The position numbers were made by a program, and so were the translations under genes. The notes under the pieces were generated by a model. It saw only the letters and a program-made list of their open reading frames with translations, searched no databases and was not told the DNA's origin. Below, piece after piece: positions 1-9,005 of a stretch of DNA of 64,000 nt. Position 1 is the stretch's first letter; each line of letters begins with the position of its first letter. Origin of the DNA: Candidatus Aenigmatarchaeota archaeon (GTDB lineage Archaea > Aenigmatarchaeota > Aenigmatarchaeia > QMZP01 > QMZT01). The DNA is taken from the NCBI GenBank assembly GCA_026397315.1, contig JAPLVC010000003.1, forward strand, positions 1-64,000, read 5' to 3'.

Positions 1-135
1 ATGTTCGGCGACACGGTCTATTCGAGGTCAACAATGCAGCAGAAAAAAGAACTGAAAGTCGTGTGCATAACATACAACCTGTACAGATATGCGATGACCC
101 TTTTTATGTTGGAGGTTTTCTACAGCCGTGTTTAA
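1..135 (+). mobile_element. 3' end of IS5-family (archaeal ISH1-like) transposase and right IS end, truncated by window edge
   Basis: Frame 1 reads ...MFGDTVYSRSTMQQKKELKVVCITYNLYRY...EVFYSRV*, resembling the FG..V.SR....Q..E.....YNL C-terminus of archaeal IS5 transposases; ends in GAGGTTTTCTACAGC, similar to IS5-type termini. Confidence 0.65.
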
Positions 136-172
136 ACATAAATTTATATATCCTTATTACGAAAAAGTATAT

Positions 173-529
173 ATGAATTCGGAATACATAATCTCCAGGG
201 ACCAGATAAAAAGGATAAACGAAATGTATGGCGGGAGCCTAAGGAATGACGCGGAGATAGAGACCGCGCTTGAGATGGGCAAAGGCAAGGCCGTTTTCCG
301 GAAGGTAGCATGCCTGTGGAGAGCGATACTTGTCGGCCACCCGTTCACTGACGGCAACAAGAGGACAGCCCTAATGGTGGCGCTTACAATATTGGAAGAT
401 TGCAACATCAGGGCCGAGGAAAAGGCAAAGGAGGCCATGGTTTCGGAGATAACCAAAGTGGCGAAGGAGAACATAACCGATATCAACAGGATAGAGAGGC
501 TGGTAAGATATGCAGTGGAAGGCAATTGA
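173..529 (+). CDS. Fic/Doc family toxin (Doc-type)
   Basis: HPFTDGNKRTA motif (HxFxDGNKR); ATG 173 lies ~23 nt after TATA box. Confidence 0.9.
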   Translation: MNSEYIISRDQIKRINEMYGGSLRNDAEIETALEMGKGKAVFRKVACLWRAILVGHPFTDGNKRTALMVALTILEDCNIRAEEKAKEAMVSEITKVAKENITDINRIERLVRYAVEGN

Positions 530-728
530 AAGGATAATGAAGGAGAACGACAAATACGCGCAGATGCTGGAAGAGTTCGACAGGACAGGCGTCCTCTCGA
601 TAGACAAGATACGCCGCTCCTTCACGATAAAAAATTCGACTTTTTCAGCCCTTAAATCCCGTTCGAAAGCGACGGGCAGGCCCATGAGCGACATCATCGA
701 CGGCCTCGTCGAGAAGAGCTCCTCCTAG
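510..728 (+). CDS. ribbon-helix-helix protein, putative antitoxin
   Basis: C-terminal RRSFTI...LKSRSKATGRPMSDIIDGLV RHH pattern; overlaps Doc gene. Confidence 0.65.
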   Translation: MQWKAIERIMKENDKYAQMLEEFDRTGVLSIDKIRRSFTIKNSTFSALKSRSKATGRPMSDIIDGLVEKSSS

Positions 729-770
729 CTTCTTTATATACCCGTTCTGCAGATAGCTATACCAATAGGT

Positions 771-1262
771 ATGCTTATGGCCAAGTCGAGAATTACGCCC
801 AGAAAAGAATTCATGGCAGCAGCGATAGAGAAAGCCATGCGCACGAAAATCAAGGGCGACTACGCGTTCGGCGCCGTCGTTGTCAAGGGCGACAAGATAG
901 TCTCGACTGGCGGCAACCACGTCAAACGCGATAGTGATCCCACGCGCCACGCCGAGATGGTGGCCATCCACAGGGCGTCCAAAATCCTCGCCACGAGGCA
1001 CCTCAAGGGATGCGTGCTCTACTCGACGCACGAGCCGTGCCCCATGTGCACGTCCGCCGCGATATGGGCAAAAATGGACGGCATCGTGTTCGGCGCGAAG
1101 ATAAAGGACATAGACGCGTACAGAAAAAAGAAAGGCAACGAGGAATTCGAATGGAGAACGATTTCCATCCCCTGCGCCGTCGTCGCGAAGCACGGCGACC
1201 CGAAAATCGCAGTCGTCGAAGGATTCATGCGCAGGGAATGCATGCAGCTCTTCCACAGCTAA
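771..1262 (+). CDS. nucleoside/nucleobase deaminase (TadA/guanine deaminase-like)
   Basis: HAE and PCPMC zinc motifs. Confidence 0.9.
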   Translation: MLMAKSRITPRKEFMAAAIEKAMRTKIKGDYAFGAVVVKGDKIVSTGGNHVKRDSDPTRHAEMVAIHRASKILATRHLKGCVLYSTHEPCPMCTSAAIWAKMDGIVFGAKIKDIDAYRKKKGNEEFEWRTISIPCAVVAKHGDPKIAVVEGFMRRECMQLFHS

Positions 1263-1350
1263 AACATCGAAGTCCTTACCGATTTCTGAAAAAATGTTTA
1301 AACGCATGTTTAAACATAACTATTTATCCAAAATTTGTTTTTAATTTATT

Positions 1351-1692
1351 ATGGCAAACGGCAACGGCCTAGCTTCTTTTAAGGAAAAGTTGCTAAAAGC
1401 CAAGAAAATAATTTTCACAAAACATGCGATCATGAGATGCAATGAAAGGGAACTCACTCAAAGCACAATAGAAAGCTGTCTTTTAAACCCTAAAAATTTG
1501 TTTAAGGTAATCTCCCAAAAAGCGGACCTTATGAGTGAGGAGAAACACAACCTGTATTTCAGGATCAACAGGAACAAAACTCTTGTGATTGTCGTTTTGT
1601 TCGAAAAAGAATTTTTATATGTGGTCACAACCTTTATTAAATATAGAAAGTTAGATGATAAAGTGAGAATATGGCGGAAAAGACACTGGTAG
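1351..1692 (+). CDS. DUF4258-like (RelE-fold) putative toxin
   Basis: FTKHAIMR..ER motif and C-terminal VVTTF; paired with DUF2283. Confidence 0.7.
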   Translation: MANGNGLASFKEKLLKAKKIIFTKHAIMRCNERELTQSTIESCLLNPKNLFKVISQKADLMSEEKHNLYFRINRNKTLVIVVLFEKEFLYVVTTFIKYRKLDDKVRIWRKRHW

Positions 1693-1985
1693 ACTACGAC
1701 GAAAACAATGACGACCTCTTCCTGAAAAGAGGCAGCGAAAAGTATGAGGCCAGCATGGAAATAGGGGATTTCATAGTGGATTTCTCAAAAAACGACAAAA
1801 TTGTGGGAATAGAGATAATCAACGCATCCAAAAATTTCGGAGTGGCCAAGGCGCTTCTTAAAAGCGTAAAATCCGCTTCTTTGGCCGTGACGCAAAGAAA
1901 CCAGGCTATGATGGTTACAGCCATCCTTGTTCTTGAGAACGACCAGGAGATAAGAACCGCAATACCGATAGCGATTAAAAATTAG
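1671..1985 (+). CDS. DUF2283 domain protein (putative antitoxin)
   Basis: DYDENNDDLF...IVDFSKNDKIVGIEIINAS pattern. Confidence 0.85.
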   Translation: MAEKTLVDYDENNDDLFLKRGSEKYEASMEIGDFIVDFSKNDKIVGIEIINASKNFGVAKALLKSVKSASLAVTQRNQAMMVTAILVLENDQEIRTAIPIAIKN

Positions 1986-2153
1986 CAAATACGGGGCGGC
2001 CTGTATTCCACGAAACACGGCTTCTGCCGTGGAACGTCCTGGACAGGTAGACATCCCCGTAACGCGGTTCAGTTATAATTTCATCCCGGCGCTTAAATAC
2101 CATGTTTAAACATAACAATATAACCGGACCCGCCCAAATTCTAAACAGATACC

Positions 2154-2411
2154 ATGACCGAAGAGAAACAATCGAGCTCAAAATCAGCGCTGGACAAGGT
2201 CGGCGACCTTCTGGAGAATGCAGCCAAGGTAGTCAAAACCCGCAAGACGACGGCAGGCGCATTGATGGCGGCGGTCCTGGGCGGCATGATAAAGCTCACG
2301 GTCCTGACAGAAACGTTCCCCCAGCCCTTCGACGTCGTGGGCAACGTTATCATATTCGCGGCTGTCCTCATGGTCATAATCGACCTGTGCCGCGGCGGAC
2401 TCGAAGATTAA
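2154..2411 (+). CDS. small two-TM membrane protein
   Basis: 85 aa, two hydrophobic segments, promoter motif upstream. Confidence 0.65.
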   Translation: MTEEKQSSSKSALDKVGDLLENAAKVVKTRKTTAGALMAAVLGGMIKLTVLTETFPQPFDVVGNVIIFAAVLMVIIDLCRGGLED

Positions 2412-2523
2412 CCAAACAAGCAACGACAACAACGACAGCGCAGCGGCTAAGATGTTAAAATAAAGAAATCAAAGAACCGGATGTTTAACCAATTTCCAAT
2501 TATTTATCGTATTTACCGTTTAA

Positions 2524-2688
2524 TTAAAAGCGCCTCGGCGGTCTGTGCTTCTGATAGCAATCTCTGCAGTAAACAGGTTTGTCTCCGGAGGGCTTGAACG
2601 GGACTTCGCAGTCCTTGCCGCACTCGGAACATTTTGCCTTGTGCATTTCTCTGCCGAATTTGTCGCCACTGTCTCTTCGTTCTTCCAT
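2524..2688 (-). CDS. CxxC-x17-CxxC zinc-ribbon protein (copy 1)
   Basis: Manual translation MEERRDSGDKFGREMHKAKCSECGKDCEVPFKPSGDKPVYCRDCYQKHRPPRRF (below ORF-track cutoff). Confidence 0.9.
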   Translation of the reverse strand: MEERRDSGDKFGREMHKAKCSECGKDCEVPFKPSGDKPVYCRDCYQKHRPPRRF

Positions 2689-3111
2689 ATTATCCACTTC
2701 TCCTAATTTTATTTATCTTATTTACCGGGTTGTTTACTGTATCAATGCAGTGTTCCATAACAAGCAATTCAAACAAATTTGTTATCAGTTGTTGTCAGCG
2801 CAATGCATCGATGCATGACGGCGTATCACTGGATATCGCCGGCCGGTATACCCCTATATACGAATTCCATATTTATATTTGTCACTTTCAGCCAGTTTCA
2901 TGATAAATTGTCATCTTTATCTTTTGCCATCTTCGCAGCGGTCCTGATGGTCATAATCGACCTGTGCCGCGGCGGCCTCGAAGATTAACCGGACCATAGA
3001 AGCGGCAGCAACTGCAACAAAGACAGCGCCGCAGCTAAGTTGTTAAAATAAAGAAATAAAAAAACCGAGGTTAGTTTTCAGTTCCAATTGTGTGTCGCGT
3101 TTAACGCCTAA

Positions 3112-3279
3112 TTAAAAGCGCCTCGGCGGTCTGTGTTTCTGGAAACAGTCTCTGCAGTATATCGGTCTGCCATCCGTGGGCTTGAAAGGCACTTCGCACT
3201 CTTTTCCGCACTCGGAACATTTTGCCTTGTGCATTTCTCTACCGAATCTGTCGCCACTGTCTCTTCGATTTTCTTCCAT
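3112..3279 (-). CDS. CxxC-x17-CxxC zinc-ribbon protein (copy 2)
   Basis: Manual translation MEENRRDSGDRFGREMHKAKCSECGKECEVPFKPTDGRPIYCRDCFQKHRPPRRF. Confidence 0.9.
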   Translation of the reverse strand: MEENRRDSGDRFGREMHKAKCSECGKECEVPFKPTDGRPIYCRDCFQKHRPPRRF

Positions 3280-3490
3280 ATTATCCACTCTCTTACTTTT
3301 TTATTCAATCGCGCGATGGGGTCACCAAAACAAGTGTTTGCAACGCCATTGTTAAGTCAATATATGGATTCACTATATATAAATGCAGTCAGGGCAGTCC
3401 AGAGGCGATCTCCGCCCTTATGGTCGTCATCGACCTATGAAGAACGACTTGGATAACTACACTAATAAATTATAGAGTTATTACTCTTTC

Positions 3491-3853
3491 ATGGATCAAG
3501 AAACAAACATCCATGAATTGAAAGAAAAAATTAAGAAATTCTGCGAGGATAGAGATTGGGACCAATTTCATAGTGCAAAAGAATTAACGATTGCTTTGAT
3601 AATCGAAACTGCCGAATTACTTGAACATTTCAGATGGAAGTCTGAAAAAGAAGTTAAAGAAATGTTCGAGAATAAAGCCAAGAAGGAAGGCATAGAGGAC
3701 GAAATGGCAGATGTTCTTTACTTCTTGATACGAATAGCTCAAAGATATAACATAGACTTATCCGAAGTGCTGGACAGGAAAATGAATAAAAACGAGCAAA
3801 AATATCCGGTGGAAAAAGCTAGAGGCTCAAATAAAAAATACACGGAGCTGTGA
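3491..3853 (+). CDS. MazG-like nucleotide pyrophosphohydrolase (dCTP pyrophosphatase-like)
   Basis: RDWDQFH, E..ELLE, DEMADV, KMNKNEQKYP motifs. Confidence 0.9.
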   Translation: MDQETNIHELKEKIKKFCEDRDWDQFHSAKELTIALIIETAELLEHFRWKSEKEVKEMFENKAKKEGIEDEMADVLYFLIRIAQRYNIDLSEVLDRKMNKNEQKYPVEKARGSNKKYTEL

Positions 3854-5721
3854 AAATGAGGCTTTATCAGGGAACTTCTGTGGAGTTCGTTGATGACACC
3901 GTTCAGAACAGGATTTCTGATAAACTAAGGATATCTTTTGAAAACTATTACGGGAGAAGAGCAAATCCCTCCGAAGTTATGTCTTGGACCAATTCTTTAC
4001 AATTCGTAAAAAACCTGATAGAAAAGAATTCCCTGACCGATAACATGATTATACTGGAAGCCGAGATCCCCTACACGAACGAGAGGATAGATTGCATGCT
4101 GTTTGGAAAGGGAAGCAGCGGGGATTGCGTTGTTATCATGGAACTGAAGCAGTGGTCGAGTGCCGAAAGCTGCGACGTAGAAGGAAATGTCATGACATTT
4201 ACCGGTGGAGCCAAGAGAATGGTTCCCCATCCGTCCTATCAGGTAGAAGGCTACTATTTCATGCTGAAGGATTTCGTTACGATTTTTGAGAAAGAAGTCA
4301 ATCTAGATGCCTGCGTTTACTGTCACAACTATTCCAGAACCGGTGACCATGTCATCTTTTCGGACAAATTCAGGGATATTTTGAAGCAGTTTCCCGCTTT
4401 CGTCAAGGAAGACTTCGAAAGCCTTGGACATTACCTGAAGGAAAGAATCGGGAGCGGCGAAGGCATGGAAATTTTCAACAGGTTTACTAGAAGCGACATA
4501 AGGCCGTGCAAAAAGCTACTCGAACATACTTCTCGAATGATAAACGGTCACAAGGCGTTTACTCTAATTGACGAGCAGATAACGGCCAACAATACCATCC
4601 TTGACAGAGCAAAGAAATCTTCTAAACTAACCAAGAAATCGGTAATTATAGTTAAAGGTGGTCCTGGGACGGGTAAATCCGTTATTGCTTTGAATGTTCT
4701 GGCCGAACTCCTATCAAAGGGCTTGGTTGTTTATCATGCGACTGGTTCAGCTGCTTTTACAAAGACGCTGAGGAAAATCGTGGGTGTAAGGGCTTCGAAA
4801 CTTTTCAAGTATTTCAACAGCTTTACAATCGCGAAAGAAAATGAAATCGACGTCCTGATATGCGACGAGGCACACAGGATCAGGGAAACGAGCAACTCGA
4901 TGTATACGCCTAGAGAACAAAGGTCCAACATCCCACAGGCGGAAGAACTGATAAAGGCGGCTAAAGTTTCCATCTTCTTTATTGACGATCATCAGATAGT
5001 GAGGCCGACCGAGATAGGGAGCAGCGACCTTATCAGAAAAACGGCGGAAAAATTCAACGCGGAAATATTCGATTTCGAGCTGAAGACACAATTCAGATGT
5101 TCAGGTTCGGACGGTTATCTCAGTTGGGTCGATGATGTGCTGGGGATCAGGGACACGGCGAACAAGTTCCTTACCAAGGAAGAAAAAATGGAATTCGTCA
5201 TTTTCAATTCTCCTCATGAGTTATACGAAGTCATAAAAAAGAAAAATGAGGAAAAACCAAATTCAGCGAGACTGGTCGCTGGCTTCTGCTGGTCGTGGAG
5301 CGATCCGAACCCGGACGGGACACTGAAAAACGATGTGGTAATAGATGATTTCAAAATGTCATGGGAAGGGAAAGATGGCAAGGTCCTTGCGAAAGACATC
5401 CCTCCGGCCTCATTATGGGCACATGACCCTAGAGGCGTCAATCAGATCGGAAGCATATACACCATTCAGGGCTTTGAATTCGATTACGTTGGCGTTATCA
5501 TAGGCAAAGACTTAGTCTACGATCCGATAAAGAAAGACTGGATCGGCAGAAAGGAAGGTTCGGCAGACGGGAATGTAAAGAGAGCTCAACCGCAAGATTT
5601 CACGAAATACGTCAAGAACGTCTATCGCGTCCTTCTCACACGAGGCATGAAAGGTTGCTACGTCTATTTCATGGACAAAAACACGGAAAACTTCTTCCGG
5701 TCGAGAATGTCAAAACAATGA
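3850..5721 (+). CDS. DUF2075 (Schlafen group 3-like) helicase with N-terminal PD-(D/E)xK-like domain
   Basis: RID..L...ELKQW, Walker A GGPGTGKS, DEAH, QFRC, IQGFEFDY, YRVLLTRG. Confidence 0.88.
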   Translation: MKMRLYQGTSVEFVDDTVQNRISDKLRISFENYYGRRANPSEVMSWTNSLQFVKNLIEKNSLTDNMIILEAEIPYTNERIDCMLFGKGSSGDCVVIMELKQWSSAESCDVEGNVMTFTGGAKRMVPHPSYQVEGYYFMLKDFVTIFEKEVNLDACVYCHNYSRTGDHVIFSDKFRDILKQFPAFVKEDFESLGHYLKERIGSGEGMEIFNRFTRSDIRPCKKLLEHTSRMINGHKAFTLIDEQITANNTILDRAKKSSKLTKKSVIIVKGGPGTGKSVIALNVLAELLSKGLVVYHATGSAAFTKTLRKIVGVRASKLFKYFNSFTIAKENEIDVLICDEAHRIRETSNSMYTPREQRSNIPQAEELIKAAKVSIFFIDDHQIVRPTEIGSSDLIRKTAEKFNAEIFDFELKTQFRCSGSDGYLSWVDDVLGIRDTANKFLTKEEKMEFVIFNSPHELYEVIKKKNEEKPNSARLVAGFCWSWSDPNPDGTLKNDVVIDDFKMSWEGKDGKVLAKDIPPASLWAHDPRGVNQIGSIYTIQGFEFDYVGVIIGKDLVYDPIKKDWIGRKEGSADGNVKRAQPQDFTKYVKNVYRVLLTRGMKGCYVYFMDKNTENFFRSRMSKQ

Positions 5722-5740
5722 ATTATTAAGACCCATCCAG

Positions 5741-6793
5741 CTATTTCGCCCTTATTCTGCTTGAGCGCCCCTTGCCGTCCTTGGCTGCAACGGACTCGAT
5801 TTCTATGAATCCGCCGGCTTCGAGCCGCCTGAGCATGCGATAGAATGTCGTGTAGCTTATGCCGAGACTGTGCTTGATTTGCTCGAAGAGCTCGCCGGAT
5901 TCCATCGACTTCTTTTCGCGGATGAGCGTCAAAATCACCATGCTGTCGCTGCTCGCTTCGGACGGATGTATCGACTTCTCCGCCTTTTCGACGTGCTTTG
6001 GGAGGATTTTTTTCGACGCGTCGGATTCGGCTGCGAGCGCGGACTGCTTCATGAGCTCTATCGCATGGCGCAAGTCGCTAGCGCTGTCTGCGATTTGTTC
6101 GAGAAGCGCGTCGGACAGGACGTCCGGGTACAGGCCCGCATCCCTTCGACCCTTGAGTATCTCCAGCGTCTCTTGGCCGGAATACGGCTTGAACTCGATT
6201 CTCACTGGCGAGAAGGTCGACCTCACTTTATCGCTGAATGTATGCATGATGTCCTCGGTAGCGATGGCGAATACCGCCGTTTTCGAGCCGGGATAAACCT
6301 CGTGCGCGCGCAGGATGATGTATAATATCTCGTCCGCTACGCCCTCCGGGAGCAGATAGTTTATCTCGTCCAGGCAGACGACTAGCGATTTCTTCTTTTT
6401 TGCTAACTCGACGAAGACTTCGTCCTGTATCTTCGCCAGCGGGACTCCGCTGTCCGGTGGCGGCATCCCAAGGACTTTGCGCCGGATCTCGGAGAATATC
6501 TTGTACGCGGACGACTGGAGATGGCAGTTGATATATACCGGAATTATGGCGGAAGACGTTTCCTTAAGCTGTTGAAATACGAGCTTGGCTGACGTGGTCT
6601 TGCCGGTCGCTGGCTGGCCGATAAGTAACGCGCTGGATGGGCGGCCTTTTTTTAATCCGGGCTTCAGGCAGAACGACATCTCCCTGAGCTGCGCGTCGCG
6701 GAACTCGAACTGCTCCGGCGTGTAGTCCGGATCGAAAACGTCCTGGCTGCGGAATAGCGTCTCGTCCGCTGCGAGCATATCTGAGACGTCCAT
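5741..6793 (-). CDS. cdc6: Orc1/Cdc6 replication initiator
   Basis: FDPDYTP...R..Q, GQPATGKT, LDE, DLR, C-terminal winged helix ending GRSSRI. Confidence 0.92.
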   Translation of the reverse strand: MDVSDMLAADETLFRSQDVFDPDYTPEQFEFRDAQLREMSFCLKPGLKKGRPSSALLIGQPATGKTTSAKLVFQQLKETSSAIIPVYINCHLQSSAYKIFSEIRRKVLGMPPPDSGVPLAKIQDEVFVELAKKKKSLVVCLDEINYLLPEGVADEILYIILRAHEVYPGSKTAVFAIATEDIMHTFSDKVRSTFSPVRIEFKPYSGQETLEILKGRRDAGLYPDVLSDALLEQIADSASDLRHAIELMKQSALAAESDASKKILPKHVEKAEKSIHPSEASSDSMVILTLIREKKSMESGELFEQIKHSLGISYTTFYRMLRRLEAGGFIEIESVAAKDGKGRSSRIRAK

Positions 6794-6893
6794 TAAGATA
6801 ATGTCGGAAGCATGAATAAAACCACGATTTTCATGCCTCACTTTTCAGGCGGGCGCGGCTCAGGTATATATCCGATTTGGAAGGTTAGAATAT

Positions 6894-7056
6894 TGAGGGC
6901 TTACCGAGGCGTTTCGCGCTTTGGCAGCGCCGGTTCCCTGACCTAGGATGTGATGTACATGACCTCAGCTAAAAGCGTTCCGTACGAGCATGTGGACATG
7001 GAGCTTATCGAATGATAATGTGCGCAAAAGCCGAAGCGCGTCCTCACCCTGCGCGC
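6894..7056 (+). ncRNA. candidate structured non-coding RNA (unassigned)
   Basis: TATA at 6865-6871, closing stem TGAGGGC/GTCCTCA, several internal hairpins, T-tract after 7056. Confidence 0.35.
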
Positions 7057-7081
7057 TTTTTATTTTGCCCAACCCCATTTT

Positions 7082-7145
7082 CAGGATCGTGGCGCGTGCC
7101 CGGGCCCTTCGGCCCGGGTCGCCATTCCTGGCTATTTTTTCTTTT
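7082..7145 (+). terminator. GC-rich hairpin followed by T-tract
   Basis: CAGGA..TGGCG..CCCGGGCC-cttc-GGCCCGGG..CGCCA..TCCTG then TTTTTT. Confidence 0.45.
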
Positions 7146-7205
7146 ACAATGCAGCCGGCTGGAATGTCCGGAAGGAATTAAAAAACCTTTGACCAATATG
7201 GTATT

Positions 7206-7496
7206 ATGAAGTTCCATATTCTGGTTTGTTTAGTCGCTTTGCTTGTTTGTGTTGTTTTTGTTTCCGGTTGCACGACGCTGTTCAACGGGCTTGGTATAAA
7301 GACGGGTGGTTCTGGAAGCGGCGATAAAGCCAACACGGCCGTGGGCTACGGGCCGTCCGGCGGTTATGCGACTTCGAACCAGAGCCAGCAGAGCGAACAG
7401 AACCAGACCAGCCAGCAGAATGATACGATAGTGACTCAGGTGAACGAAACAAGCGAAATAAACGAAACGAACGAGACAAACCAGACCGCCGGCTGA
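7206..7496 (+). CDS. small lipoprotein, low-complexity Q/N/T tail with N-glycosylation sequons
   Basis: hydrophobic N-terminus with VSGC lipobox; NQT/NET repeats. Confidence 0.7.
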   Translation: MKFHILVCLVALLVCVVFVSGCTTLFNGLGIKTGGSGSGDKANTAVGYGPSGGYATSNQSQQSEQNQTSQQNDTIVTQVNETSEINETNETNQTAG

Positions 7497-7544
7497 CTTC
7501 GAAAGATAAAAAATAAGAAGGGAAGCGCCCGGTTTCTTCGAGCG

Positions 7545-7832
7545 TCACTCGCAGCACTTCTTGTCGAACTTCCTGCCGTACTTGATGCCCCAGCTAGCCC
7601 ATCCCGCAGCCATTATGGCGATGAAGGCCAGGACTGCGACAAGGCAGACGGCGACGTTCTGGTATATCGAGAACCTGTCCGCGAAGAAGAACAGCCATAC
7701 GATGAAGAAAGCCACGATTCCGAAGACCGACATTATTGAGATCGCGACTCTCAGGCCGAAGCCCGGCGTGTCCTCTGGGCTTGCGTATTCCTTAGCTTTT
7801 GAAACATTTTTCTTTGGCATTTTCCACCTCAT
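7545..7832 (-). CDS. two-TM membrane protein
   Basis: hydrophobic segments, FSIYQNVA..WASWG pattern. Confidence 0.7.
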   Translation of the reverse strand: MRWKMPKKNVSKAKEYASPEDTPGFGLRVAISIMSVFGIVAFFIVWLFFFADRFSIYQNVAVCLVAVLAFIAIMAAGWASWGIKYGRKFDKKCCE

Positions 7833-7924
7833 TAATATTTATTCCCTCTTATTTATAGAATGCGACTGACTTCGAGAGATGATTTTTAGAGATGGCAAAC
7901 CCTGGTGTTATCTTTATATAACAG

Positions 7925-7944
7925 TTGTAATAATATTATTACAA
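7925..7944. promoter_or_regulatory. perfect 20-bp palindrome, likely operator of MNT-HEPN operon
   Basis: TTGTAATAATATTATTACAA between TATA-like elements upstream of 7972. Confidence 0.6.
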
Positions 7945-7971
7945 GTGTAATAAATATATCACTGTGGGAAT

Positions 7972-8508
7972 ATGTGGGAGAATTACAACAAATACATGGT
8001 TTTCAAGGTCTTCCTTGACGACCCGTTGCCCAAAGCCGGTTTTCAGCTTAGGGAAATAAGCAGGATGATAAAGCTTGCCCCCAAATCCGTGGGCATCTAC
8101 CTGGCAGAGCTGGAAAAGGAAGGGCTTGTCATACGGGAGAGGCAAAAGGCGACCGGATACCCGGTTTATTTAGCCAACAGGAACAACGAAATGTTCAGGT
8201 TTTACAAGAAGCTTGACATCGTCTATTCGATAAAAAAAGGCGAACTGCTTGATTATTTGCACGATAAAACCACGCCTGATGTCATAGTATTATTCGGCTC
8301 GGCGTCCAGGGGAGAGGACACGCAGGAAAGCGACATCGACCTTTTCGTGCAGTGCAGCGAAAGGAAGCTTGACCTAACCATGTTCGAAAAGCTCCTGAAG
8401 AGAAAAATCAGCATATTGTTCGGCGAAAATTTCAAAGGGCTCAGCGACGAACTCAAAAACAATATTATAAATGGCATAATTCTCAAAGGATATCTGAAGG
8501 TGTTCTGA
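7972..8508 (+). CDS. HTH + minimal nucleotidyltransferase (MNT antitoxin)
   Basis: N-terminal wHTH; LFGSASRGED..ESDIDL. Confidence 0.9.
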   Translation: MWENYNKYMVFKVFLDDPLPKAGFQLREISRMIKLAPKSVGIYLAELEKEGLVIRERQKATGYPVYLANRNNEMFRFYKKLDIVYSIKKGELLDYLHDKTTPDVIVLFGSASRGEDTQESDIDLFVQCSERKLDLTMFEKLLKRKISILFGENFKGLSDELKNNIINGIILKGYLKVF

Positions 8509-8509
8509 A

Positions 8510-8920
8510 ATGGAAGCGGGTTTGATTGGAGTCACCAGAGACAAGGCCAAGGCAAAATCGATTCTCATGATGGCCGAAGTCACGCTGGAGATGATCAGAA
8601 CGATAGACGAGAGCAAGTTCGCCTCCAATCTGGTAAAAGAGTATTATGATGTCATAAGAGAGCTTATTTCTGCTATCATGCTTCTTGACGGATACAAAAC
8701 CCGCGGTGAAGGCGCCCACATAAGAGCCATAGAATACATGCGGGAAAACTACAAGCAGCTTTCAGAGCTTGAGATTTCCGCCATTGACGACCTCAGGGAA
8801 AAGAGGAACAGGATAGCATACAACGGTTTTTTCGTCCAGCCCGATTATGTCGCGAGGAAAAAACAGACACTGGCCGGCATAATAACCAAGCTTATTGAAA
8901 TAACAAAAAAGCGCGTTTAG
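8510..8920 (+). CDS. HEPN-domain protein (toxin partner)
   Basis: YY..., H..., LREKRNRIAY (RxxxxY variant of Rx4-6H); follows MNT. Confidence 0.75.
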   Translation: MEAGLIGVTRDKAKAKSILMMAEVTLEMIRTIDESKFASNLVKEYYDVIRELISAIMLLDGYKTRGEGAHIRAIEYMRENYKQLSELEISAIDDLREKRNRIAYNGFFVQPDYVARKKQTLAGIITKLIEITKKRV

Positions 8921-9005
8921 AAAGTTTGTCGTATGGGTGACCACAAAACCTGAAACGTGGTCACCTCGTTTCAAACCTTTAAAATCCGCATGCAAATACA
9001 ACTTC

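Larger units (their letters stand above)
2352..3456. repeat. tandem duplication (~580 bp period): 3' end of membrane gene + CxxC gene, with decayed third remnant
   Basis: TGGTCATAATCGACCTGTGCCGCGGCGG..CGAAGATTAACC near 2370 and 2948, degenerate copy near 3420; downstream CxxC genes and their flanks also duplicated. Confidence 0.85.

Noticed and set aside
2352-3456. Recurring repeats considered as a CRISPR array or DGR template/variable repeats
   Set aside because: Period is ~500-580 bp, differences are not adenine-specific, and no cas or reverse transcriptase gene is in the window
6872-6887. GATTTGGAAGGTT near cdc6, also present near 42286; ORB-like
   Set aside because: Spacing does not fit the mini-ORB pattern (TTCCA-N3-GAAA), there is no G-string, and only one copy lies near cdc6
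6990-7209. 63-65 aa ORFs in the cdc6 intergenic region
   Set aside because: No motifs, atypical composition, and they run through strong hairpins and T-tracts
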